NCBI GenBank assembly: GCA_951406725.2
Contig: OX597827.1
Coordinates: 18,290,001 to 18,354,000, forward strand
Length of the DNA stretch: 64,000 bases
From: Octopus vulgaris
Taxonomy: Eukaryota
Reading direction: 5' to 3'
Below, piece after piece: positions 40,448 through 55,789 of this stretch (within the stretch, counting starts at the first letter, position 1; each line of letters opens with the position of its first letter). The notes beneath the pieces were generated by a model, which saw nothing but the letters and a program-made list of their open reading frames with translations, did not search any database and had not been told where the DNA came from. The translations under genes were made by a program, and so were the position numbers.

Positions 40448-40870
40448 GGATCTATTCGGTTTGAACGGTAGTTTTTCTAGCGATGTCATATGAAATTGTC
40501 ACCCATAATTATGACCCTAGAATCGATCTACTGCATTTCAATCTCTTTTAGGGTTAGGGTTAGTGTTAGGGGTGGGGGAAGGGTATCTTTTTTCTTCACA
40601 AATGTAAATAAACCCAATCTGTTTTTTTAAACGAGGGACATATTCATACGGCACAGAATGTTGTTTACCTCAATGGACGTCAGTGATTGGCTGAAATTGC
40701 AGAAATTGAAGAAAATAAAAACAACAAATATCTTACAAACCATAGAATTTTCTCAATAAAGCCAAGAGAAAAAGATGTTTTATAAACACATTCTACCAGT
40801 AAACGAAGTTTAAAATCTTTTAGTTACCTAGAAATTATGTTAAAAACTGCCGGTCAAACCGAAAAGATCC
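40448..40870 (-). mobile_element. GGATC-terminal telomeric-repeat MITE, complete (423 bp)
   Basis: TIRs at both ends; perfect 8-bp TSD GAGTTTCT; internal TTAGGG repeats. Confidence 0.92.
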
Positions 40871-41241
40871 GAGTTTCTTGGCAGACTGCTTCCTCTTTTG
40901 TTGAATGTTTCTCAGTGAAGACTAACCAAGCTTCCTTATAGAATAAAAAGTACAGATCTGCTTCTAAATTCAAAAAGGTCATAAATTAAACTAGATCCAT
41001 AGTGGATAGCTTAATTTGCATGCTTGTGCATTTGGCGGTTTGTCATTAATTAAGCAATATCTATAACACAGCATAAATCATAAAAAGTGGAATAAATTTG
41101 AATATGACAAAGCCTCAAGTGTTTAAAAATATTAATATAAACACATTTTTTCCATGCTGTTGATGGATGAAAAAAGTGGGATGGTGTCTCATGACGGACC
41201 GATTCACGATTTGCTGACTGCTCCTCAAATCAATGTCCCAT

Positions 41242-41665
41242 GGATCTTTTCGGTTTGAACGGTAGTTTTTTTAAATAATTTCCACGTAACTAAACACTTT
41301 AAACTTCGTATACTGGTAGAATGTGTTTATAAAACATCTTTTTCTCTTGGCTTTATTGAGAATATTCTATAGTTTGTGAGATATTTGTTGTTTTTTTCTT
41401 CAATTTCTGCAATTTCAACCAATCAATTACGTCTATTGAGGTAAAAAAAACATTCTGTGCCGTATGAATATGTCCCTCGTTTAAGAAACAGGTTGGGTTT
41501 ATTTACATTTGTGAAGAAAAAAAGATACCCTTCCCCCCACCCCTAACCCAAACCCTAACCCTAAAAGAGATTGAAATGCAATAGATCGATACTAGGGTCA
41601 TAATTATGGGTGACAATTTCATATGACACCGCTTGAGAAAACTGCCGTTCAAACCGAAAAGATTC
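41242..41665 (+). mobile_element. GGATC-terminal telomeric-repeat MITE, complete (424 bp)
   Basis: TIRs at both ends; perfect 8-bp TSD TGTCCCAT; internal CCCTAA repeats. Confidence 0.92.
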
Positions 41666-42298
41666 TGTCCCATTTTAGGCAACATTTAGCCACTTTTTTT
41701 TCCCCAAAGTCGGATACGAAAATCGAAATTTGTGTTCATGGAACAAATCTACGACCGACATCACTACATATAATGTTGAAATACATGCCAGAAAACCAAC
41801 GGAGACGACTGTTAAATCGGGCTGTCAGACAGTAGGAGCAAGTAAAGAATTTGCAACCCAGCACTTAGAGAAGAAGATTTTGAGAGGATACAAGGTAAGT
41901 GTAGCATAGGCAGTAGCTTTCACGTTGCCCTGCCGCTAGCCGTCGTCACCAGCGGCATTGCGAACACGCAACCCACCCGCTCGCAGTTCGTCGTCACGTG
42001 CCAGCGTCGTTGGCCGGCCGGCCGGTTTGGTGTCAGGATTTTACGCGCGTTTGCAATGATGAAAAAACCGCCATTTCCTTTGTTTTGCATAGCGTCATGT
42101 ATCGTTGGACGAACAGACTAATGGTCAAACTGCCTCACAGCGTTCGAGTATTTGAAAAGTTGTGTGTGTGTGTGGGGGGGAGTTATGTCCATCAGCTGTT
42201 GTCACATTTAGAAGGGATTCAGAGCTATGAGCCGCACTTTTCATGAAGATCACTGAACCGTCTTCCTTTAACTGGGAATGGTAAGCAATCTTTTTATA

Positions 42299-42517
42299 AG
42301 GCGGCGAGCTGGCAGAAACGTTAGCACGCCGGGCGAAATGCGTAGCCGTATTTCGTCTGCCGTCACGTTCTGAGTTCAAATTCCGCCGAGGTCGACTTTG
42401 CCTTTAATCCTTTCGGGGTCGATAAATTAAGTACCAGTTACGCACTGGAGTTGATTTAATAGACTTAATCCGTCTGTCTGTCTTTGTTTGTCCCCCTCTG
42501 GGTAGTATAAAGAAAGA
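42299..42517 (+). mobile_element. SINE family C, near full length
   Basis: Head GGCGGCGAGCTGGCAGAAACGTTAG and B-box-like GAGTTCAAATTCC. Confidence 0.88.
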
Positions 42518-42852
42518 GGTAAGCAATCTTCTTAGTGCTCTAGCGGTTTGCACTTGTAATGTCTGATCTGATGAATGGTTATCTTGCGGACAAAAGCAAA
42601 ATGGCCGAGGACCGACAATTTCCTCTTTGGTTAAGTACATACTCAAGTACTACTTAAAGAGATAGTAAGGGTGGGAAGCAAGTACTAGAAATATGAGTAA
42701 ATATGGAAATAATACTTAGATGTTCGAGGGTCCCATGTCTCGACACTGAATATGAGAAGACCAGTTTCTAAATCCCTTCACTGCCCGAAAACTTGTAGCA
42801 GAAACATGACTCCGGAAGCAACAACAGTAGTAACGTCGGTGCCCAGCTTGCC

Positions 42853-44357
<1,505 letters not shown>

Positions 44358-44449
44358 TCTAGCCTAATTGTGCTTATCTGTAGCTCTACCTCTATATCAG
44401 CTGATCTTGGATTTTTCTTATAGCCACTCCGCAAGCGTCGGGCTTACAG

Positions 44450-44710
44450 TCGTTAGGTTGTGAGTTCGATTCCCGGACCGGGCTGTGTGTTGTGTTCTTG
44501 AGCAAGACACTTTATTTCACTTTGCTCCAGTTCACTCAGCTGTAGAAATGAGTTGCGATGTCATTGGTGCTAAGTTGTATCGGTTTTTGCCTTTCAATGG
44601 CATGGAAAATGGAAGCTGGTATGTATGAGTGACGATAAACAGCTTTGCCCGGATGTGTGCCTTGGAGAGTAACTTTCTAGGTGCAAACCAAAGGGGTTCT
44701 TTGCCCTTAC
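44450..44710 (+). mobile_element. SINE family D-related copy
   Basis: B-box GAGTTCGATTCCC; GTGTTCTTGAGCAAGACACTTTATTTCAC. Confidence 0.7.
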
Positions 44711-44730
44711 CCCATATGTATATTTATATA

Positions 44731-45043
44731 TCACCGTGATCACCATGACCGACCAGGCTATCAGATGTTGCTATACACCGCTGGTCACAATGTACTTCGC
44801 ATTGTTTTAGCCTTCAAATGACGCCACCCCGCTGGCTAAGCGAGCAGGCCAACAGAAGAAAGAGTGGGAGAAAGTTGCGGCGAAAGAGTACAACAGGGAT
44901 CGCCACCACCTCCTGCCGGAGCCTCGTGGAGCTTTAGGTGTTTTCGCTCAATAAACACTCAGAACGCCCGGTCTGGGAATCGAAACCGCGATCCTACCAC
45001 CGCGAGTCCGCTGCCCTAACCACTGGGCCATTGCGCCTCCACA
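44731..45043 (-). mobile_element. SINE family A, tail type 3, full length
   Basis: Reverse complement of the 39554 copy; flanking direct repeat TATTTATATA at 44721-44730 and 45044-45053. Confidence 0.92.
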
Positions 45044-45068
45044 TATTTATATATATACGTATGTATAT

Positions 45069-45476
45069 CAGGGATGTGCCACCTGGGTAGGTAAGGTAGG
45101 CAGTGCCTACCCTGAATAAAATAGATCAATAGTAACCTTTTCCTTTTATGGCAAAATATGTACCTAATTCAATAAAATCATGAAGGTTACTGTGATTATT
45201 ATGCAAAAAATGCAAAATATTTTATTGTTTTGTAGATTAGGTAGACATAATTCACCCCTGCCTTTCAGTCCCAGTATTAAATCTACGCATAGTACTGCTG
45301 TAGCACACATGCTGCGTACATTCCTACAACAACGTTTTCTTTACGCGATATAAAGGCAGAAGTAAACCTGCCTTCAACTCAGTCACACGCCTGTGTTTCG
45401 CTTTCTTTTTTGTGTGTTTTACTACATAAACGTCACCAACTGCCTACCCTGAGTGATTACTAACGGCACCTACCTG
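45069..45476. mobile_element. hAT-like non-autonomous element
   Basis: Short imperfect TIRs CAGGGATGTGCC / GGCACCTACCTG; 8-bp TSD ATGTATAT/ATGTATAC; subterminal TGCCTACCCTGA repeats. Confidence 0.7.
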
Positions 45477-45486
45477 ATGTATACAC

Positions 45487-45552
<66 letters not shown>

Positions 45553-45582
45553 ACTTGCTTACATCTGTTCATGTATGCATAC

Positions 45583-46001
45583 TTACTTTTACTTTTACTC
45601 TTACTTGTTTCAGTCATTTGACTGCGGCCATGCTGGAGCACCGCCTTTAGTCTAGCAAATCGACCCGGGGACTTATTCTTTTGTAAGCCCAGTACTTATT
45701 CTATCGGTCACTTTTTGCCGAACCGCTAAGTGACGGGGACGTAAACACACCAGCATCGGTTGTCAAGCAATGCTAGGGGGACAAACACAGACACACAAAC
45801 ACACACACATACACATACATATATATATACATATATACGACAGGCTTCTTTCAGTTTCCGTCTACTAAATCCACTCACAAGGCATTGGTCGACCCGGGGC
45901 TATAGCAGAAGACACTTGCCCAAGGTGCCACGCAGTGGGACTGAACCCGGAACCATGTGGTTGGTTAGCAAGCTACTTAGCACACAGCCACTCCTGTGCC
46001 T
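45583..46001 (-). mobile_element. SINE family B, full length
   Basis: Reverse complement of the consensus. Confidence 0.9.
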
Positions 46002-46190
46002 ATAGCCACTTCTCCGCATGACATTTTTTATTATAGTTCTTCTTGAGAGAGTTCAAGTCGGCCGCTAACAAAGCGACAAGACTTTTGGAATTTGGAGAGT
46101 TCTCGGGATTTGTAAATATGTAGTTGAGTTGGTGTGTTGGTGGAGCTATCGATGCACATCCAAGTGTATGCATCTTTTCAGATAAGACTC

Positions 46191-46325
46191 TCAGACGGAG
46201 AATCTTTGGAATGCCTTACAGATCTTCACTGTGCCACTAACAGATTGAATTTGGAGAATCCGCGACAGTGTCTTTCGCTCGTTCTCCGTGAAACCGAATA
46301 TTTCTACATGTTCGTGAAATTTGTT
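46191..46325 (-). mobile_element. RLE (R4/Dong-like) LINE ORF C-terminus, fragment 1
   Basis: Translates to EIFGFTENERKTLSRILQIQSVSGTVKICKAFQRFSV*. Confidence 0.65.
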
Positions 46326-46511
46326 AGTACATAATCTAATGTACCTATCTAACGTACATAATGTACATAATCTAATGTACAAATGAGAAATCCTAGTCAA
46401 GGTAAAAGAACTATAAGTACTGCATTAATTCGCCATAAAAATGTATGTATGTATGTATGCACGCATGTATGTATGTATGTATGTATGTATGTATGTATGT
46501 ATGTATGTATG

Positions 46512-46542
<31 letters not shown>

Positions 46543-46544
46543 GG

Positions 46545-46748
46545 AGATTTGTATGTTTTGCCTTATGTATGTATTCTCGTGCATATACTTGCATGACTAG
46601 ACTTGCTCATATATACTTAAATGATAAACTTCTGGAAAGTTTTACAGATTTTTACAGTTCCAGTGATGGACTGGATCTGTAGTCTTCGAATTAGCTTTCT
46701 CCTTTCTGGTTTTGAGAAGCCTAATATCTCAAGGCTAGTATTTAGGCA
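46545..46748 (-). mobile_element. RLE (R4/Dong-like) LINE 3' end, fragment 2, embedded in (TACA)n
   Basis: Translates to EILGFSKPERRKLIRRLQIQSITGTVKICKTFQKFII*; a short 3'UTR runs into (TACA)n. Confidence 0.7.
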
Positions 46749-46831
46749 GTATGTATGCATGCATGTATGTATGTATGCATGTATGTATGTATTCATATGT
46801 ATACCCACGCCTAAGCATTTTTATATATATA

Positions 46832-47138
46832 TTTATTCTTTTACTCTTTTATTTGTTCCAGTCATTTGACAGCGGCCATGCTGGAGCACCGCCCTTTAGT
46901 CGAGCAAACCGACCCTAGAAGTTATTCTTTGTAAGCCTAGTACTTATTCTATCGGTTTCTTTTGTCGAACTGCTAAGTTACGGGCACATAAACACACCAG
47001 CATCGGTTGTCAAGCGATGTTGAGGGGACAAACACAGACACAAACATACACACACACACATATATATATATATATACATATATATGTATACATATACACA
47101 TACACATATATATATATATGTATATACATACACATATA

Positions 47139-47231
<93 letters not shown>

Positions 47232-47388
47232 GACGGGCTTCTTTCAGTTTCCGTCTACCAAATCCACTCACAAGTCTTTGGTCGGTCCGATGCTATAGAA
47301 GAAGACACTTGCCCAAGGTGCCACGCAGTGGGACTGAACCCGGAACCATGTGGTCGATAAGCAAGCTACTTACCACATAGCCACTCCT
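46832..47388 (-). mobile_element. SINE family B with strongly expanded internal microsatellite
   Basis: Reverse complement of the consensus; internal CA/TA tract of ~185 bp. Confidence 0.88.
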
Positions 47389-48010
47389 AAAGAATATACA
47401 CAAATATATACGTTACATTCGTGCTCGCATATTTAACACATATTTAATACATCGAACATTAAACTAAAGCCCAAACTAGAAATATATATACGTGAGCGCT
47501 GTGCAGAAAAGAAACCGATATTAAGCAGTTGAATGGCCAGATAATATTTTTCATTTTTCTGGCAAGTTTCAGGAGACAATAATACGACGAAATATTGAAA
47601 CAAAGTCCAAGAACCTAGACTTTGTGTTTTCTCACCCTCCATTATCTTCACTAACAATTTACTACAAGCTTTTGTGGTTGTTGTTGCTGTTATTTTTGTT
47701 GTTATTGTCTTATTTCTTTGCCTTTCTTTTACATTTTCTTTATTCGTTTTTTTTCTTCCTTCTTCTTCGAAAATCTGAAATATGATACTTCGACGTTGTT
47801 AAACAGTAGACAATGAGAGCTAAAGAACACGGATGTTGTTTTGAGGACGTTATTGTGTCGTTTTGTCGTTGTTGTTGTTGTTGTTGTTGTCGCTTTTGCT
47901 GTTTTCATCTTTTTTTTCTTTTGTGGTTGGTTGCTTTGTTGATGTTGTTAATATTGCTGTATACGTCCTCTTGTGGTTACTACGGTTATTGTTTTAGTAA
48001 ATATGTTTGC

Positions 48011-48583
48011 TGGTGGCGATGGTGGTGGTGGTGGTGGTGGTGGTGGTGGTTGTAGTGTTGGTGGTTGTGGTGGTAGTGATGGTAGTAATGGTGGTGGTGG
48101 TTGTGATGGTTGTGTTGGTGGTTGTAGTTGTGGTGGTGATGGTAGAGAAGGTGATGTGGTGGTGGTGGTGGTGGTGGTTGTAGTGTTGGTGGTGGTGGTG
48201 GTGGTAGTGATGGTAGTAATTGTGGTGATGGTGGTGGTGGTGGTGGTGGTGGTGGTAGTGATGGTTGTGGTGGTGATGGTGATGATGGTGGTGGTGGTAG
48301 AGAAGGTGATGTGATAATGGAGGTGGTGGCTTTGGTGGTAGTGGTGGTGGTGATGGTGGTGGTTTTGGTGGTAATGATGGTGGTAGAGATGGTGATGGTG
48401 GTAATGGTGGTAGTGTTGGTGGTGGTAGTGATGGTGGTGATTGTGGTGGTAGTTGTGGTGGTTCTGATGGTAGTGGTGCTGGTAGCGGCAGAGGTGACGA
48501 CGGCGGTGACTCGGTGGCAGCGGCAGTGATGGTGATTGTGGTGGTGGTGGTGCTAGTAGTGGTGGTATTGGTGGTGGTAATGG
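48011..48583. repeat. Degenerate (GGT)n low-complexity tract
   Basis: Directly visible. Confidence 0.9.
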
Positions 48584-48860
48584 CGTTTTCATTGTCGGTT
48601 TTTTGTTATTGTCGTCATCGTCGTCATCGTCATCGTCGTCATCGTCATAGTCGTCGTCGTCGTCGTCATCTACTCATTTATGTTTCATAGCGGGATCAAT
48701 GGACGAGACTTACTCTCAATGGCGACACGATTGATCTACTTCCGGTGCCAGTGAAAAGCTGTTCCCAACGTCTAGACGTCTAAATAGATTACGTTCACAG
48801 TGTAACAACACCAACAACAATAAAAACAATATGCCTCTGTCTCATATATGTGTGTGTATG

Positions 48861-48901
<41 letters not shown>

Positions 48902-48939
48902 TTTCCATGCTGACGTTAAACATAGGATAATTCATTCAC

Positions 48940-49003
<64 letters not shown>

Positions 49004-49009
49004 CCATCC

Positions 49010-49041
<32 letters not shown>

Positions 49042-49309
49042 GTATGTATGTAGAGAAATATATATATGTGTATATATATATACACAAAACATGAATTCAT
49101 GCATGTATTAATGTGTGCGCGCACATATATTCATACATGTATATTTGTGTATGTGTACTCATATATATGTACATATGTATGTACATGTACGTATATATAT
49201 ATATGTGTGTGTGTGTGTTTATGTCTATAGATATGTGTGTGGATATGTCAATATATCTATATATCTATCTATATATACATACATATACGCATATATATGT
49301 GGTCCAGAG

Positions 49310-49838
49310 AACAAGGTGTCATCATTCCACTTTTTCCTTCTTTGTACGACCACACCTCGAATACTGCTGCCCCTTGTGGTCTCCCCATGCAAAACAAAAC
49401 ATCTCGAAGATTGATGTGGAGAATATACAGCCAGCATTCCCCAAACGACCTGATCATTGGTTTTAAGGTTCATCCAAGGCTGAGACCACGGGCCATACGT
49501 CCCATGCCCAATTTGGAATCACAGCTTATAGGTACACTGCGACATAAATTTCTTTTCCTCAACAGGCCCTGTCCTGTTTAACATTGTCCCAAAACTGATC
49601 AAAGAGGAAATGGATCCCGTTACCTTTAAACAGAGTCTGGACAAACTTCTACAGCGAATACCAGATAAGCCACCCATACCCGCATAAAACTCAACAAGAA
49701 CTCACTACTTGAATGGATCATAATACCACAAAACTTAACTTTAAAAGGATTTAGATAATCCTATCAGGTGGTGCTATTAAGTTAGACATGGCCTGGACCA
49801 ATCTCTGGTCGAAACATATCTAAGTTTTATCTAAGTTA
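49310..49838 (+). mobile_element. CR1/L2-group LINE 3' end, internally deleted
   Basis: VRPHLEYCCPLWSP motif; 3' part and ATCTAAGTT tail homologous to 38207-38499. Confidence 0.82.
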
Positions 49839-49862
49839 TATATATATATATATATATATATA

Positions 49863-50372
49863 CCGTAAATCCTCGGGTATAGTCCGCCCTTGAGTATAAT
49901 ACGCAGGGGATTTTAGGGGGCTGTACTACTGAAAAACCTAAACCTTGTGTATAATACGCACCCCTTCTCTAACTTGAGTCAAGGAGGTCTATATAACGTC
50001 CTTGGTTTGTAAAACTGTATACGGTAACGTCCTTTATTATTATTGTATATATAACATAATGCAAACGTGTTACTTTTTTGTGCATTTTGTTTGTAGAAAA
50101 TAAAGAAATATTAGTAATAACGTTTAATAAATGTTGCTTACTGCAAGTTATGGATGATTCTTTTATGACTTCATTGCTTTCAGGCTTAGCTTAAGGTATT
50201 TTCGCGCTCGACATCAAAAAATGCGTCCGAATAAAAATTGACGGACAGCAGATAGAGACTCGGACATTGCTTAGAAAATATTTTTCATTTTTAACCTCGT
50301 ATATAGTACCTTTAAATTCAACCTCGTATGTTTGATCTTTGAATTTTAAGGGGGAAATGCGGATTATACTCA

Positions 50373-50376
<4 letters not shown>
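49863..50376. mobile_element. Tc2/pogo-like non-autonomous DNA element
   Basis: TA then CCGTAAATCCTCGGGTATAGTCCGC with subterminal GTATAATACGCA repeats; partial inverted end GCGGATTATACTCAGGAT; lies within (TA)n. Confidence 0.65.
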
Positions 50377-50419
<43 letters not shown>

Positions 50420-50743
50420 CGCAGGAGTGGCTGTGTGGAATGTAGCCTGTTTACCAACCACAGTGTCTTCTGCTATATATATATATAAGTTATGGTTGTT
50501 ATCACCTTAATGAGGTTGTTTCATACAGAACATTGTTACTACGCTTTTTAACCCCAGGAGGACACCACCAGCTAGTTAACGACACACTATCTGTGTCCGT
50601 TATATTGCAAACATGGGGCCGTACAACTCCCATCTAGCGGTGACAGAAACCAGTAGACTAGTTGCTTTCTGGGCATGACCCTTCATCGATACTGGTTGTT
50701 TTAAGTTCCTTATATTCCGTTTGTCCACTAACTCATGTATATA

Positions 50744-51462
50744 CGCGGTTTGATCAATAAGTATCCGCACTGTTGTCATAGTGACAAAGCTAAAGCACAG
50801 AGAGTGAAGCCGCTTGATACAGATTGACCTTGGATTATGCTGTGCATGTACACTAAGTTTTAACGTTCTAGCTTACTTCCGCTATTTACAGCAGTGCTTG
50901 GAAGGAAGGTGTGTAGCGTGTGATCGTCGCATTGACCATGACAGGGAAAGTTGTCACGGCGATACCTGCTCAGAGGCTTTCACAAAAGTTGCAGAAAGTG
51001 TATGGAGAGGAGTGTATGAGTCGCACACAAGTGCACGTGTGTTTCAGACGTTTCCAAGATGACAGGAAAAATGTCGATATTAACGAATGTTCTGCTGCAA
51101 CCAGCAGAACTGAGAAACACATCGCAGATGTGCGTACAGCTATGAAGGGAAATCGTCGTATCACCATCCCTGAGTGATCGGAGGGTGTGCAGGTAAGTTA
51201 AAGTTCAGTTCAGTGCAATAGCACTGAAGATTTGGGCGAGACGCGTGTCTACCATGTTTGTGCCAAAACTACTTTCAGTTGACCAAAAAGGCAATTGTGT
51301 CGAGAACGATGAAAAGTTTTTGAAAACTGTGCGTAAGCCCCTGAGCAGGTATCGCCAAGCTTTTAGTAAAATTTGATGCAAATTCTCTGCTCATCTTTCT
51401 GTCATTGTCAATGTGACGATCACTCGCTACACACGTTCCTGATAGTTATTGATCAGACCACG
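50744..51462 (+). mobile_element. Internally deleted mariner element
   Basis: TIRs CGCGGTTTGATCAATAA / TTATTGATCAGACCACG with TA on both sides; transposase N-terminus LQKVYGEECMSRTQV..F.RFQD...NRRITI...FVPKLL. Confidence 0.9.
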
Positions 51463-51689
51463 TATTAATGTTTAAGGCGTATCACATACGATTTCATATT
51501 TGACTACATTGTTACTCAGAATATAACACAAAAGTGATGTGTACTGACTCTGTAACGTGTCTTAACAGGCTCTAATATGGGAGTTATAAACTGGGAGATA
51601 CTATTTACCTTGTCCTTAATATTTATTTCGAATTTTGGCAGAATTTTGGAATGGGGAATTTAGTCGACTACATCCACTAACTACTTGAC

Positions 51690-51937
51690 TGTGGAGGCAC
51701 GTGGCTTAGTGGTTAGGGTGTTGGACTCATGATCGTAAGGTTGTGGTTTCGATTCCTGGACCGGGTGACACGTTGTGTTCTTCAGCAAAACACTTCATTT
51801 CACGTTGCTCCAGTCCACTCAGCTGGCAAAAATGAGTAATTCTGCGACGGACCGGCGTCCCATCCAGGTGGGGAATTCCTACGCCATTGAAACCGGGAAA
51901 CCGGCCCTTATGAGTCTAGCATGGCTCGAGAAGGAAC
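51690..51937 (+). mobile_element. SINE family D with a tail similar to SINE A tail type 1
   Basis: tRNA-like head; GGACCGGCGTCCCATCCAG...GAAACCGGGAAACCGG shared with the 3845 copy. Confidence 0.8.
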
Positions 51938-52339
51938 ATTTATTTTATATTTTTTTAACTACTTGACTGAAATGAAAAGTTTACTTCAGTGGCATTTAAA
52001 GTCAGAAAGAAATTCCGCTAAGCATTTTGTCCGGCACACTGACGATTCCTCCAAGGTTAAAAAGCTAATAGCACAAGAAATATTTTTTTTTTAAATACAG
52101 TTTATCAATAATAGTCTGTAGAGCTAAATCTGCGCACTATAGAATGTGACACGATAGGATTATGTTGGGTGTAATGCGGGAAATTTAACGAAATATGGTA
52201 TTATCTATATAACACGATATAATCTGTCTACGCTAACACGTTTGCTTTGTATTATATATGCATCATAACGTAGTTTTTTTCTGTTGCGCGTGTCTGCTTG
52301 TCTCAGGCTTCATACGCTTTTCACTATCTGTATTTCCTA

Positions 52340-52593
52340 CATCTCCTTTCTTTCTTTCTTTCTTTATTTATTTCTTTCTTTCTTTCTTCCTTTCCTTCTT
52401 TCTTTCTTTCATTCTCTCATTCTCTCTTTCTCTCTTTCTCTCTTTCTTTCTTCCTTTCATTCTCTCTTTCTCTCTTTCTTTTCTTCCTTTCTTCCTTTCT
52501 TTCTCTCTTTCTTTCTTCCTTTCCTTCTTTCTTTCATTCTTTCTTCCTTCCTTTCTTCCTTTCTTTCTTTCTCTCTTTCTTTCTCTCTTTCTC

Positions 52594-52632
<39 letters not shown>

Positions 52633-52682
52633 CTCTTTCTTTCTTCCTTTCCTTCTTTCTTTCCTTCTTTCTTTCTTTCTTC

Positions 52683-52721
<39 letters not shown>

Positions 52722-53394
52722 TTCTTCTCTCTCTCTCTCTCTGCATTTCTCTCTCTCGTTCCAGTTTCACCCTCTCTCACCTTGCTTTCCAATTCACCGC
52801 ACATACACAATCTCTCTCCCCTTTCTCTTCCTCTCTCACTCCTCTCTCTCTCCTCTCTCTCCTCTCTCTCCCTTTTCTCCCTCTCTCTCTCCCTGCATTT
52901 CTCCCGGTTCCTACCTTTCCCTCTCTCTCTCTCTTTCTCTCTTCCTTTCCCTCTCTCTCTCTCTCTATCTCCCTGCTGTCATTCTCATTTGCTCTCTCAC
53001 CCCCTCCACACTATTTCTCAACAACAAACTCTATCCCTCATACTCTCTTCCCCCCCTCATCTACTTTCATCTACTTATTCACCTCCCCCTCTCTCCTTCA
53101 TTCTCTCTTTTCTATTCTTTACACATCTCACTCTCCCTTGATCTTCCCTCTCCCTCTCTTATTCTCTCTATATCTCGTACTCTCTTATTTCCTCTCTCTC
53201 TATCAGGCCCTACTTTCTTTCAGGTCTGTGCCTCTCTTAACCTCACCCCTCCTTCTTCCACACTCTTCTTCTACATCTTCCCCTTCTTCTTCTTCTTCTT
53301 CTTCTTCTTCTTCTTCTTCTTCTTCTTCTTCTTCTTCTTCTTCTACTTCTTCTTCCTCTTACCTTCTTCTTTCTTTTCTTCTTCTTTTTCTTCT

Positions 53395-53427
<33 letters not shown>

Positions 53428-53760
53428 ATTCTTCCTCCTCCTCCTCTTCTTCTTCTTCTTCTACTTCTTTTTCTTTTTCTTATTCTTCTTTCTTCTCTCT
53501 CTCTCTTTTATCACTTTCTCTTACAAATTCTCTCTATCTTTCCCTCTCCCACGTCTCCCTCTCTCTTTCTCTCACTGTCTGTCTCTCTCTCTCTCCCCTC
53601 TTTATCTCTTTCACTGAAAAGGCCCAGACTCTGTCACTCCTCTCTCCCTCTCATACTTTCTAACATGACACACTCCCTGTATTTCTGCTTTACTCTCTCT
53701 CTCTCTCATCGTCTTTCTCTCCCTCTTACTTTCTGTTTCTATCTCTCACTCTCAGACTCA
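52340..53760. repeat. ~1.4 kb polypyrimidine/polypurine tract (TTTC, TC, TTC repeats)
   Basis: Directly visible. Confidence 0.92.
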
Positions 53761-53777
53761 CTCACACCCACACAGCC

Positions 53778-55290
<1,513 letters not shown>

Positions 55291-55361
55291 ACAACAATAT
55301 CATGGCTGGCTGAAGATGCTACGGACGGAAAAGTACAAAATAAAGCTCTATAGTGATACTG

Positions 55362-55407
<46 letters not shown>

Positions 55408-55414
55408 TTGTTGC

Positions 55415-55447
<33 letters not shown>

Positions 55448-55789
55448 CAATATCAGCCCTTGACTGAGCTGAGCTGTGATCAAGGGCTTTCCAGCTGTGA
55501 CCATCCCGTCAACTTTTAAAAAGGTTTTCTTTTTAGATCTTTGGTCTTTTATCAGGTTTCAGTCATTGGACTGCGGCCATTTCGAAGGCACCACCTTAAA
55601 GAGTTTCAGTCGAACAAATCGACCCTGGTACTTGCATTCTAAAAGTGTTTTCTTTTCCTATCTTTCTTTTTTTGACGAACCGCTAGGTTATGGGACATAA
55701 ACAAACCAAACCAACACTAATTCTCAAGCGGCGGTAGGGGACAAATACAACCGCAAAGACACACATAGAAACACACACATATGTATAAA

